Source of the DNA: a virus
DNA length: 64,000 bases
Virus record (IMG/VR): IMGVR_UViG_3300033233_000015
Span: 1-64,000 of that record
Reading direction: 5' to 3' (one strand)
Under the pieces are notes generated by a model, which made no database searches, had not been told where the DNA came from, and was given only the letters and a program-made list of their open reading frames with translations. This document shows, piece by piece, positions 38,232 through 47,304 of the stretch (position 1 is the first letter of the stretch; each line of letters opens with the position of its first letter). The position numbers and the translations under genes are program-made.

Positions 38232-38656
38232 AGCAGTGCTTCAAGTGCGGCAAGCATTTGCCGAGACAGGCGTTCTACCGTCATTCAAAGATGGCGGACG
38301 GCCTTCTCGGCAAATGCAAGTCGTGCACGAAAAACGACGCAATCAACCATCGGATGAAGAATCCGGAGCGTATGCGTGAATCCGAACGTGCCCGAAGACA
38401 GACGCCGAAGCGACGCGCGTGGGCGAAGCAATACGAGAACACTCCGGCTAGAAAACGAATCTCGTTTGCCCACCACAAGGTGTGTCAGGCGATCATCGAC
38501 GGAAAACTGGTCAAGAAGCCCTGCGAAGTATGCGGAGACAAGGCCAATGCTCATCACGATGACTACAGCAAGCCGCTCGACGTTCGATGGTTGTGCACCA
38601 CTCACCACGTAGAGCATCACCGAATGATGAGGAAAAAGGCAGAGGACGCAGGGTAG
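38216..38656 (+). CDS. HNH endonuclease
   Basis: CFKC...FY.H..MADG.L.KCK.C; PCEVCG...AHHDDYSKPLDVRWLC..HH. Confidence 0.85.
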   Translation: MVEGLKQCFKCGKHLPRQAFYRHSKMADGLLGKCKSCTKNDAINHRMKNPERMRESERARRQTPKRRAWAKQYENTPARKRISFAHHKVCQAIIDGKLVKKPCEVCGDKANAHHDDYSKPLDVRWLCTTHHVEHHRMMRKKAEDAG

Positions 38657-38876
38657 GGATCGGCGGTTGAGGGCCGCGCATCGGGTGAAGCAAAGGAGAA
38701 GCGCAGGATCGAGGAGGTCGATTCGTTTTTCGATAAGACCTCGGTAGGCCGCGCGCTTCGAGGAACGTACGGAGATCAAATCTCCCGCAGAGACCCAAGG
38801 TAGCCACTCGGGCTCACGCATCCAGAGGCGCGCAAGCCTCGAACGCCCGGTGCTCGGCTGCTCAGCCGCCGATCCC
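38656..38876 (+). ncRNA. Candidate ~220-nt structured non-coding RNA
   Basis: 38656-38671 pairs with 38861-38876 (16 bp, one GU); stem extends via 38678-38687/38844-38853; several internal hairpins. Confidence 0.6.
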
Positions 38877-38896
38877 AACACGACACGGAGGAAGAC

Positions 38897-39253
38897 ATGG
38901 ACGAGATCGAATTGAAGAAGGTCTGCGACGAAATCTTGGTGATCTCGGACTTCCTGAACGCGACGACCGAGGAGACTAACGAGCGCAACGAGGACAACTC
39001 GTACGTCGCCGAGAAGAATCCGACCGATCCGATCCGAGAGCCCGGTGAGCAGTTCGACATCCGTGTTCAGCGCGAACACGGCAAGGCGTGGCAGGCACGG
39101 GTGACGCGATCGGTTCGCCAACGGAACGCCGTAGTTGTCACCGTCGCACGCGGTCTTGTGTCCCTCAGTCCAGCAGCGGCGCTCCTGTCGCTGCTCGACG
39201 TACTGAAGGTGGATCTTCGTCACCGTCGGGATGCGGCGGCGAGGTTCATCTAA
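38897..39253 (+). CDS. Hypothetical protein
   Basis: GGAGG SD. Confidence 0.6.
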   Translation: MDEIELKKVCDEILVISDFLNATTEETNERNEDNSYVAEKNPTDPIREPGEQFDIRVQREHGKAWQARVTRSVRQRNAVVVTVARGLVSLSPAAALLSLLDVLKVDLRHRRDAAARFI

Positions 39254-39384
39254 GAGTCTCGGGGAGCGTCTTCCTTTCGTTCCTTTCGGAAGTCGCTACG
39301 AGCATCGACGCGCGGCCGATGCCCCGATGATCCGTGCACCTGTCGCCGTGGCGTGGCACGGCAATTTCGACTTCGGAGAGGGCG

Positions 39385-39930
39385 ATGTCAAAGAAACGCG
39401 CGTACTGCTCCCACTGCAAGCACGATGATCACAAGGGCCGCAAGTGCGGCTACGGTGAGGGCATCGGTACGACCGTCGCGGTGTGCGTCTGCGAGACCGA
39501 CAAGCGAGGCCGAGTCGTCACGCCCGCGAGCGTGGAGTTCGTGAATCGCGAGACGCTCTTCGCGAAGGCGCTCGACGATGCGGCGAAGGCCGCCCACGCG
39601 ATGGGCGACGCGCTTGCGCGCGCGCACGAGGATGCTCGTCGCGAAGGGATCGAACGAGCTGTCTTCGGAGATCGCGAATGCACTGGCGGGGGGATCGTGA
39701 AGACCAGCGACCGTAAAACGCAGCGAGATCATCAGATCGAGATCAAGCTCAGCGCCAGTGAACGCCTTCTCTTCAAGGCGGTCACGAAACGACGCGGCTT
39801 CCGAAACATTTCGGAGATGGTTCGATACGTCGTACGCGCGTACGAGGAGGACACCCGCGAGGGGCGACCAGTCTGCACGGGGCAACTCGTTCACGACGCA
39901 TTCAATTCTTGCCCGGTGCACGACGCATGA
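39385..39930 (+). CDS. Hypothetical protein with a C-terminal RHH-like segment
   Basis: IEIKLSASER..F....G..NISEMVR. Confidence 0.55.
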   Translation: MSKKRAYCSHCKHDDHKGRKCGYGEGIGTTVAVCVCETDKRGRVVTPASVEFVNRETLFAKALDDAAKAAHAMGDALARAHEDARREGIERAVFGDRECTGGGIVKTSDRKTQRDHQIEIKLSASERLLFKAVTKRRGFRNISEMVRYVVRAYEEDTREGRPVCTGQLVHDAFNSCPVHDA

Positions 39931-40445
39931 CGACGATGCCTCTCTTGCCCGGCGTCAGCGGCACCGCTCGCTTCAGCGAGGACGGTCGCTACCGCTACAT
40001 GCTCCGTCGCTGGTGGCAGGGCGGTGGCCGTGCCGCCATCTTCATCGGTCTCAACCCGAGCAAGGCGGGCTCGGACGTAGACGATCTCACGATCCGCAAG
40101 TGCATCGGCTTCGCGACCACTTGGGGATGCAGCGAGATCGTCATGCTGAACCTCTTCGGTCTCATCGCGACGGATCCCGAGGAGCTCTTCACCTCGCTCG
40201 ATCCGGTCGGTCGAGAGAACGAGTATTGGGTCGACCAGACGCTCGCGCTGTACGGCGACGACGCCAAATTGATCGCCGCGTGGGGCGCGCATCCGATGGC
40301 GGAGACGCGCGGCTGCAAGCTCGAGTACGCGCTTCGGCCGCGCAAGATGATGTGCCTCGGTAAGACCAAGGACGGATCACCGCGGCACCCGTCACGAATC
40401 GCGTACGCGACTGCGCTCGAGCCGTTTCGCGGAGGTTCGCTTTGA
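39927..40445 (+). CDS. DUF1643 family protein
   Basis: YRY.L.R.W, FIGLNPS, DD.TIRKC..FA, NLF...ATDP, AAWG, G.TKDGSPRHP. Confidence 0.9.
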   Translation: MTTMPLLPGVSGTARFSEDGRYRYMLRRWWQGGGRAAIFIGLNPSKAGSDVDDLTIRKCIGFATTWGCSEIVMLNLFGLIATDPEELFTSLDPVGRENEYWVDQTLALYGDDAKLIAAWGAHPMAETRGCKLEYALRPRKMMCLGKTKDGSPRHPSRIAYATALEPFRGGSL

Positions 40446-40768
40446 GTCGCAGAAAGCAGTGCGCGAAGTGCCCGTGGCGCGTGGATGTCGATCCGAACGA
40501 CATCCCGAACGGCTACTCGCGCGAGCTTCACGCGGGGCTCGCGTGCACGATCGCGGAGCCAGGCGCGATTCGCGTCGGTGCTCTTCGCATGATGGCGTGC
40601 CACGAGTCGAAGGTCGGCAAAGAGAAACCGTGCGTCGGATGGCTCGCGAACCAACTCGGTCCAGGGAACAACATCGCGCTTCGCATCTGCGCGCTGCGCG
40701 ACAAGAGCCTTGCGAACTTCCGTCTCGTGGGTGAGCAGCACGAGCGGTTCGAGGACACGTTGCCATGA
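40442..40768 (+). CDS. Cys-rich protein (DUF6283-like)
   Basis: C.KCPWR.D...MACH.S...C.GWL. Confidence 0.65.
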   Translation: MSRRKQCAKCPWRVDVDPNDIPNGYSRELHAGLACTIAEPGAIRVGALRMMACHESKVGKEKPCVGWLANQLGPGNNIALRICALRDKSLANFRLVGEQHERFEDTLP

Positions 40769-41246
40769 GCGTCAGCGACGAGAAGAAGACATACGCCGCC
40801 GACATCCTCGACGAACTTCGGAGTGGGGGTCGGGACGTCGCGGGCGTTGTCGTCATCGTGGTCACCGAGCACGGCAGCGATCTGCGTGTGTCGGTTGCCG
40901 ACGGGTTTTCTAAGAATCTTGTGCTCGACAGCGCGCAGGAGACGATCGCTTCGATTCCGCGCGAGCGCTGGAAGATCGAAGTGGAGATCAAGGGGTACGG
41001 GGTATGAAAATATCGACCGTTGGGAATGGCCAAGCAAGATGGATGTCCACGCGAACCGCTGTACGCGAGACGCTCTACGAGGCGAAACGATCCATGACGA
41101 TCGAGGAGTTGGTGGAAGAGACGGAGGGAGCAGCATCGACCATTCGTAGTCACCTCGCTGATCTCGTATGGGACGGGCGTGTTGTTCGGATCGAAGATCA
41201 CCCCGTTCGTTACATTCATTCGTTTTGGGCCAAACAACGCACATGA
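40765..41246 (+). CDS. Two small genes (40765-41007; 41004-41246, wHTH-like)
   Basis: Coupled ORFs; MTIEEL.EET..A.STIRSHLADL..DGRV. Confidence 0.55.
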
Positions 41247-41659
41247 AAGCCCTATCCCTCCGCCAGCCGTGGGCCGCGCTCGTCGTGCACTTCGGCAAGC
41301 ACATCGAGAATCGGCGCTGGAACACCTCGTTCCGTGGCGAGTTCCTCATCCACGCGGCCAAGGGCATGACGAATCGCGAGTTCGAGGAAGCGATGGACTT
41401 CGCGTTTGAGTTGATCGGCGACAAGTGCCCGACCGAAGCGCAGCTCCGATCGATGCTCATGTTCGGTGGCATCGTCGGTCGCGCGAATCTTGTCGATGTG
41501 ATTCCCCCGCGATCGATGTTCTATCCGTCGGGCGTCGAGCGCGGGTGGCACATGCCCGAGCAGTACGGCTTCGTCCTCGAGAGCGTCGCGCCGCTGACGT
41601 TCGAACCGATGCGCGGCGAGCTCGGGTTCTTCGAGGTTCGGAAGGTGGCCAATGTCTGA
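41243..41659 (+). CDS. ASCH domain protein
   Basis: KALSLRQPWA, GKHIENR.W.T.FRG..LIHA. Confidence 0.9.
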   Translation: MKALSLRQPWAALVVHFGKHIENRRWNTSFRGEFLIHAAKGMTNREFEEAMDFAFELIGDKCPTEAQLRSMLMFGGIVGRANLVDVIPPRSMFYPSGVERGWHMPEQYGFVLESVAPLTFEPMRGELGFFEVRKVANV

Positions 41660-44270
41660 CTACCGCATCCTCCAAGGCGACGCGCTCGAGCGTCTTCGCG
41701 AACTGCCGTCCGACTCGTTCGACGCGATGCTCTGCGATCCGCCGGCCGGAATTTCGTTCATGAACAAAAAGTGGGATGGCGATAAGGGCGGACGCGATCA
41801 GTGGATCGCGTGGCTCGCCGACGTCATGCGCGAGGCGAGGCGATGTTTGAAGCCTGGCGCGTACGCGCTCGTGTGGGCGCTTCCCCGCACGTCGCACTGG
41901 ACCGCGATGGCGATCGAGAACGCGGGCTTCGAGGTGCGCGATGTCGTCACGCATGTCTTCGGGTGTCTGAGCGATGACACCGAAATACTGCTCGATTCAG
42001 GGTGGACCCGCTACCGTAATATCGACGAAGGTGATCTCGCACTTTGCTACGATGCGGAGCATGACGAGTTCCGATGGCAGCGCGTCGAGGAAGTCGTCTC
42101 CTACGCCTACGCGGATACCGCCTTCCGTATTCGCTCGGATCGTACAGACCAGCTCGTCTCCCGCGAGCACCGCTGCCTCGTTGAACGAGATGGAGGCTAC
42201 GCTTTCGCGCGAGCAGACTCACTGGAACGCGAAGCGCGTGTACCCGTTCTGGAAGACGTGCACGAACTGCTCGCAGCCCTTCCCGTGCCATACGAGGGAA
42301 CAGGCGGTTCGGAACGCATCGTGTGCGGGGTGTCACGGATCGCTCATCTCGAAGGCGAAAAAGGGTGTCTACCGAACGCCCGCAGCGACATGCCTGCATT
42401 GTCGCAAGACGTTCCGTCGTCATCGAGGTCAGCCGACATCGCGCGCGAAATACTGCACCAAAAAATGTTGGGGAGCTGCACGGTCAGCGGACCCGAAGTT
42501 CGCGGCGAAGATGCGGAAGATCGGGGCATTGGGTCGGTCGGGATGGACGGCCGCGAGCGCGGACTCGTATCGGGAGAAGATGAGCGGAGCGAAGAATCCG
42601 GCCTGGCGGGGCGGAGTCACTTTCAAGCGGAACAAGGGGAACTACATCGGGCCGAAGTACGTGAGATGTCCGAAGGTGTTCGCCAAGATGTCGCGCAAGG
42701 ACGGCTACGTGATGGAGCATCGACTAGTCGTCGCTCAGCAGATCGGTCGCTCGCTGACGCGCACGGAGTCAGTGCACCACGAAGACCACAACACGCGGAA
42801 CAACTCACCATCGAACCTTCTGCTCTTCGCGACGAACCGAGATCACAAGCTGTACGAGGCGCACGGTTCACCCGCACCGATCTGGCGACTGTAGAGCCCG
42901 TTCTGTACGAGGGCATCGTCTGGTGCGTTCGGGTGCCGACGGGGGCGTTCGTCGCGCGTCGTAACGGCAAGGCGTTCGTCACGGGTAATTCTGGTTTCCC
43001 GAAGTCGCTCGATCTGTCGAAAGCGATCGACGCGCACTTCGGCGCCGAGCGCGAGGTCGTCGGCACGCGAACGCTGACGGGCAACGCAGCGGTCTCGACG
43101 AAGGAGAAGGGCGGCACGTACGGTGTGCAAGTCGGCACCGCGCCGGCGAAAGAGGTCGATGTGACGACGGCGGCGACGCCAGAGGCCGCTGCGTACGACG
43201 GCTACGGCACGGCGCTGAAGCCCGCCTCCGAGCACTGGATCCTCGCGCGCAAGCCGCTCGAGGGGACGTACGCGGAGAACGCGTTGAAGTGGGGGACGGG
43301 AGGGATCGCGATCGATGCGTGCCGCATCGGATACGCCAGCGAGGGCGATCAAGCAGCAGCAGCGCAACGAGCGTGCCACGATCAGAACGCGGGTCGCACG
43401 GCCTACGGCGACTTCAACAACGGCGCAGCGTCGCTGCCTGGCTACTTCGAGAAGCAGGCGCTCGGCCGATGGCCCGCGAACCTCATGCTGTCGCACGCGG
43501 ACGGGTGCGAGCGGACCGGCTCGTCGACGTCGATACGATCCGTACCGCGCGGCGTCTCGGTGCGAAATAACAAGAACGCGATCTACGGCCCTGGCCTCGG
43601 CGGTCGGCCGGAAAAGGTCGAAGAGGTCGAAGAGGTCGAAGAGGTCGAAGAGGTCTTCTCGTGCGTCTCGGGATGCCCTGTCAAGCTCCTCGACGAACAG
43701 AGCGGCGATCGTCCCGGCATGTCCGGCGGCGGCGCGCACCACTCGGAGTACGAGGGCGGCATGTTCGGCGCGATCGACTCGACGTCGACGGCGCGCGCGG
43801 ACACGGGCGGCGCGTCGCGCTTCTTCTACGTCGCCAAGGCCAGCCGCTTCGAGCGCGAGCTCGGATGCGAACATCTTCCGAAGAAGTCGGCGGGCGAGAT
43901 GGTCGATCGCGAGGACGAGAGCGACGGTATGAAGAGCCCACGCGCTGGCGCGGGCCGCACGGGCGGAGCGCGCAACCATCACCCCACGATCAAGAGCGTC
44001 GCGCTCGCGACGTACCTGGCAAAGCTCATCAAGCCGCCGAAGTCCGCGAGGCTGCTCAATCCGTTTGCCGGATCGGGCACCGAGGGCATCGGCGCGATGC
44101 GCGCGGGCTTCGACGAGATCGTCTGCATCGAACTAGAGCCCGAGTACGTCGCCATCGCCGAAGCTCGCTTCGCGCGATGGTCGGAGATCCCCACGCACGT
44201 CAACCCGCAGGAGTCCAAACCCGCGAAGGTGGACGAGCGGCAGGCGTCGCTCTTCGGAGGTTCGCGATGA
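41652..44270 (+). CDS. Beta-class N6A/N4C DNA methyltransferase with intein
   Basis: DPPA motif IV; FG|intein|SGFPKS; LKPA.E...LARKP; GRWPAN; HPTIK; NPFAGSGT. Confidence 0.88.
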   Translation: MSDYRILQGDALERLRELPSDSFDAMLCDPPAGISFMNKKWDGDKGGRDQWIAWLADVMREARRCLKPGAYALVWALPRTSHWTAMAIENAGFEVRDVVTHVFGCLSDDTEILLDSGWTRYRNIDEGDLALCYDAEHDEFRWQRVEEVVSYAYADTAFRIRSDRTDQLVSREHRCLVERDGGYAFARADSLEREARVPVLEDVHELLAALPVPYEGTGGSERIVCGVSRIAHLEGEKGCLPNARSDMPALSQDVPSSSRSADIAREILHQKMLGSCTVSGPEVRGEDAEDRGIGSVGMDGRERGLVSGEDERSEESGLAGRSHFQAEQGELHRAEVREMSEGVRQDVAQGRLRDGASTSRRSADRSLADAHGVSAPRRPQHAEQLTIEPSALRDEPRSQAVRGARFTRTDLATVEPVLYEGIVWCVRVPTGAFVARRNGKAFVTGNSGFPKSLDLSKAIDAHFGAEREVVGTRTLTGNAAVSTKEKGGTYGVQVGTAPAKEVDVTTAATPEAAAYDGYGTALKPASEHWILARKPLEGTYAENALKWGTGGIAIDACRIGYASEGDQAAAAQRACHDQNAGRTAYGDFNNGAASLPGYFEKQALGRWPANLMLSHADGCERTGSSTSIRSVPRGVSVRNNKNAIYGPGLGGRPEKVEEVEEVEEVEEVFSCVSGCPVKLLDEQSGDRPGMSGGGAHHSEYEGGMFGAIDSTSTARADTGGASRFFYVAKASRFERELGCEHLPKKSAGEMVDREDESDGMKSPRAGAGRTGGARNHHPTIKSVALATYLAKLIKPPKSARLLNPFAGSGTEGIGAMRAGFDEIVCIELEPEYVAIAEARFARWSEIPTHVNPQESKPAKVDERQASLFGGSR
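41964..42989 (+). mobile_element. Intein (342 aa) in the methyltransferase
   Basis: Starts CLSDDTEIL; block B VSREHR; ends VWCVRVPTGAFVARRNGKAFVTGN with +1 Ser. Confidence 0.9.
42190..42894 (+). CDS. HNH endonuclease nested in the +1 frame inside the intein
   Basis: CxxC Zn motifs, NPAWRGG, YVMEHRLVV...ESVHHEDHNTRNNSPSNL. Confidence 0.85.
   Translation: MEATLSREQTHWNAKRVYPFWKTCTNCSQPFPCHTREQAVRNASCAGCHGSLISKAKKGVYRTPAATCLHCRKTFRRHRGQPTSRAKYCTKKCWGAARSADPKFAAKMRKIGALGRSGWTAASADSYREKMSGAKNPAWRGGVTFKRNKGNYIGPKYVRCPKVFAKMSRKDGYVMEHRLVVAQQIGRSLTRTESVHHEDHNTRNNSPSNLLLFATNRDHKLYEAHGSPAPIWRL
43611..43655 (+). repeat. 9-bp tandem repeat (GAAGAGGTC x4 plus one variant) encoding EEV
   Basis: Directly visible. 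Confidence 0.95.
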
Positions 44271-44686
44271 CCGACCAGCGCCCCAAAGTGGTGACCGACC
44301 AGCCCGCCACCCGCACCTACAACGAGATCACTCCGTCGATGCGCGCGTTCATCGGGACGCGCGAGGTGCTTCGCCGCATCGGCTACAGAGCCGACGATCT
44401 CTACTGCATGACGGCGCGCAGCGCGAAGCTGCGCGGCGCGATCAGCGCGTTCTGCGTTCTGAGGACGCAGGGCAAGGAGTTCTCGGTCGAGCTCGGAGCC
44501 ATCGACAGCGAGCCGAAGTTCGCCGACGAGTACAAGATCATCGCGTACGTCGTCAACGCGGGCGGGATCCCGAAGCCCGATCTCGATCGCATGTATAACG
44601 AGTGCGAGGCGCGACAGAACGTCGTCGATCTGGTGATGGCGATTCAGGCAAAGGGGATCCTTCTCCCGAGCGAGATGCTTCGATGA
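44267..44686 (+). CDS. Hypothetical protein
   Basis: Coupled ORF with GGAGG SD. Confidence 0.6.
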   Translation: MTDQRPKVVTDQPATRTYNEITPSMRAFIGTREVLRRIGYRADDLYCMTARSAKLRGAISAFCVLRTQGKEFSVELGAIDSEPKFADEYKIIAYVVNAGGIPKPDLDRMYNECEARQNVVDLVMAIQAKGILLPSEMLR

Positions 44687-45186
44687 AGTCGCCGTGGACC
44701 ATCTCGTGGAGAGCGGACCCGCGCGCGCGTGCGATCGCCGACCGCCACTACAACAGACAGAACCCTGGCTCACCGCAGTTCGTGCCGCCTGGAAAGCCGC
44801 TCGTTCTTCTGACCGACGACGCGCGCGCGCTCTGGATCTCGCACTGGCCGATCGCCGAGTACGTGAAGCACGAGTGGGCGGGCGCGTGGATGTGCACCTG
44901 CTTCCGAAACGAAGCGCGCGAGGTCTACCTGTCGAGCGATCTCATTCGCGCTGCGGTGGCGGCGACGATCGCGGAGTGGGGCACACCTCCCGAGCTCGGG
45001 ATGGTGACGTTCGTCGATCCCGAGAAGACGCACAAGAAGCGCGATCCGGGTCGCTGCTTTCGGAAAGCGGGCTTCCGCGTCGTCGGCCGCACCAAGGACA
45101 AGAACCTCGTCGCGTTGCAACTCTTGCCGTCGGAGATGCCCGAACCACTCGCGCCTCTCTCGACGCAGATCGGACTATTCGCATGA
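44683..45186 (+). CDS. Mom-like (GNAT-fold) putative DNA modification protein
   Basis: RHY, SSDLIR, VTFVD...PG.CF.KAGF..VG.T parallel the Mom C-terminal motifs. Confidence 0.5.
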   Translation: MKSPWTISWRADPRARAIADRHYNRQNPGSPQFVPPGKPLVLLTDDARALWISHWPIAEYVKHEWAGAWMCTCFRNEAREVYLSSDLIRAAVAATIAEWGTPPELGMVTFVDPEKTHKKRDPGRCFRKAGFRVVGRTKDKNLVALQLLPSEMPEPLAPLSTQIGLFA

Positions 45187-45358
45187 TGACGCCCGAACAG
45201 AACCGAGATCGAATCCTGGCGCGGATCGACGCGATCATGAACCAACCGTACAAGGCTCCCGAGCGCATCAAGTCGGAGCTCTACGCCTTCATGATCGAAG
45301 AGTTCCGCGCGTGCTCGGAAGCGACGCTGCGGGCGGTTCGTGACGGGAAGGTCAAGCC

Positions 45359-46036
45359 GTGAACAATCCGAACGCGGTCGTTCTTCTCTCGGGAGGCATG
45401 GACTCGGTGGCGGCGCTCTATTGGGCGCGGACGCGGTACGACCGCGTCTTCGCCGTGTCGTTCGACTATGGTCAGCCGAACCGCGACGCCGAACTGTACG
45501 TAGCGGGGACGTGCGCGAAGGGGCTCGACATCAAGTGGGATCGGCTCGTCCTGGCGGGGCTTCCTCGAGCGGGGCTCCTCGATCACATCGAGCCGCACAA
45601 CGACGCGAAACCGATCAACGCCGCGTTCGTGCCCGGCCGGAACCTCGTCTTCCTCACGCTGGCGGCGGGCCGTGCGACGTCTCTCTGCCCGAACGGCAAC
45701 ATCGATCTCGTCATCGGAGCGTGCGTCGACGACGCGCGCGGGTTCCCCGACTGCCGCGCGACGACGCTGGCGAAGCTCGGCGAGGCGCTGCGTGCGGGCA
45801 TGGCGAGGGAGATCCAAATCGTCTCGCCGTGGATCGATCGCACCAAGACGCAGATCCTCGACTCGCTCGACGGAGCTGCGCGTATCGCCGTCGCACGATC
45901 GTGGTCGTGCTACCGAGGCACGGGGCCGTGCGGCGAATGCTCGGCCTGCGTCGCACGCGCACGCGCGTTCGCCGCTGCGCATCTTCGCGATGAATCCTCG
46001 ATGCCCATCATGACGGGCGGGGACGGTGCGCGATGA
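45359..46036 (+). CDS. queC: 7-cyano-7-deazaguanine synthase
   Basis: LSGGMDS, DYGQ, VPGRN, PDCR, SCY...CGEC.AC..R. Confidence 0.92.
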   Translation: MNNPNAVVLLSGGMDSVAALYWARTRYDRVFAVSFDYGQPNRDAELYVAGTCAKGLDIKWDRLVLAGLPRAGLLDHIEPHNDAKPINAAFVPGRNLVFLTLAAGRATSLCPNGNIDLVIGACVDDARGFPDCRATTLAKLGEALRAGMAREIQIVSPWIDRTKTQILDSLDGAARIAVARSWSCYRGTGPCGECSACVARARAFAAAHLRDESSMPIMTGGDGAR

Positions 46037-46758
46037 AGGCGTTCTTCGCGATCGGTGATGCGCACACGGGGATCAAGTTCCTGTCGGACAAGCGCGTCCT
46101 CTTCAGTTTCGCGTACGTCGGAACCAACTGGCTCCCGAATCACAAGCTCGCGGAGGTCTGCGCGGGCTCGCCTGAGGTGATGATCGATTCTGGCGTGTTC
46201 ACGGCCTGGAAGCAGGGGAAGACCATCGAGCTCGAAACGTACGTCGATTGGCTCAAGAACACCGCGCCAGCGTTTCGGTGGTGCATGGCGCTCGACGTCA
46301 TCACGGACGCGAAGGCGTCGCTCGCGCAGTGGCGCAAGATGATCTCCTCGGCGCCGACGCTCGCCTCCAGCATCGTGCCGGTGTGGCACGAAGGCGATCC
46401 GCTCGACATCCTCGACGAGTACGTCTCGCTCTCGGAGCTCGTCGCTCTCGGCCGCATCGAGGGTCGCCGATCGGAGCAGAAGACGTACGAGTTCTACGAC
46501 GCGGCGTTCAATGCCTACCCTGAGGGCAGGTTTCACGCGCTCGGTCAAGCGAACCCCGTGCACCTAGAGCCGTATCCGTTCGCGTCGTTCGACTCGACGG
46601 GATGGCAGCGCGACGCAGCGTACTCGAACGCGGCGAGGTGGCCGTTCAACCGCTGCTCGAAGGAGACGCGGCTTCGCGCGTACATCGAGGCCATCGAAAC
46701 GATCGAGCACAAGCCGCCGAAGCAGTTGAGCCTCGCGATGGGGAGGAGGACGGCGTGA
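46033..46758 (+). CDS. TGT-fold protein (possible DpdA-like DNA transglycosylase)
   Basis: IDSGVFT, LDVI, VPVWH, HALG, SFDSTGW; coupled to queC. Confidence 0.65.
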   Translation: MKAFFAIGDAHTGIKFLSDKRVLFSFAYVGTNWLPNHKLAEVCAGSPEVMIDSGVFTAWKQGKTIELETYVDWLKNTAPAFRWCMALDVITDAKASLAQWRKMISSAPTLASSIVPVWHEGDPLDILDEYVSLSELVALGRIEGRRSEQKTYEFYDAAFNAYPEGRFHALGQANPVHLEPYPFASFDSTGWQRDAAYSNAARWPFNRCSKETRLRAYIEAIETIEHKPPKQLSLAMGRRTA

Positions 46759-47126
46759 GCAAGCACGAAGAACGCGCGCGGCGGGTGAACGCATCGACTT
46801 GTCCCGCTCAGGAGAGCAACGATCCGAAGGATTGCAACTGCGTCGAAACACTCGTTGCCGAGTTCGACGCGGTAGAGGCGGAGGCGAAGTCCGCCGAGCC
46901 TGGCGGAGTAGATCGCATCGTGCCGCTGTCGAACGGCGACATCGAAGTATGGAGCGACGGGCACGCGCATACTTACTCGCCGACCTCACGACTCGTCGCT
47001 GCTGAGGATGATGTAGCGCGGTTGCGAACTGCGCTGACGAACATGCTGGAGACGCAACTCTCGAAGTCGAGCGAGGGTGATCGGCATCGGGACCAGGCGC
47101 GCGACGTGATGAGGAGGACCGCGTGA
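46755..47126 (+). CDS. Hypothetical protein
   Basis: Coupled ORF with GGAGG SD. Confidence 0.5.
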   Translation: MSKHEERARRVNASTCPAQESNDPKDCNCVETLVAEFDAVEAEAKSAEPGGVDRIVPLSNGDIEVWSDGHAHTYSPTSRLVAAEDDVARLRTALTNMLETQLSKSSEGDRHRDQARDVMRRTA

Positions 47127-47304
47127 AAGATCGAGTGAGAGGCGCGCTCGTCATCGCTCTCGTGGTCGCGTACTGCATCGCGATCATGCACGACTTCTAC
47201 TATCTGCGCACCGCGCGTCCGCACGAGATCGGGTGGTGTCTGCAATGATGATCATTGGCATCGGGGGCTTGACATCGTCGACCGTTCCGTGGCATTGGTG
47301 GTTG

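Noticed and set aside
38656-38876. tmRNA, RNase P, SRP or tRNA identity for the structured RNA
   Set aside because: Characteristic conserved sequences (T-loop, GAGGAAAGTCC, SRP loop) not found.
39322-39366. Hammerhead ribozyme (CCGATGA followed by a stem)
   Set aside because: The core deviates from CUGAnGA and no GAAA follows the stem.
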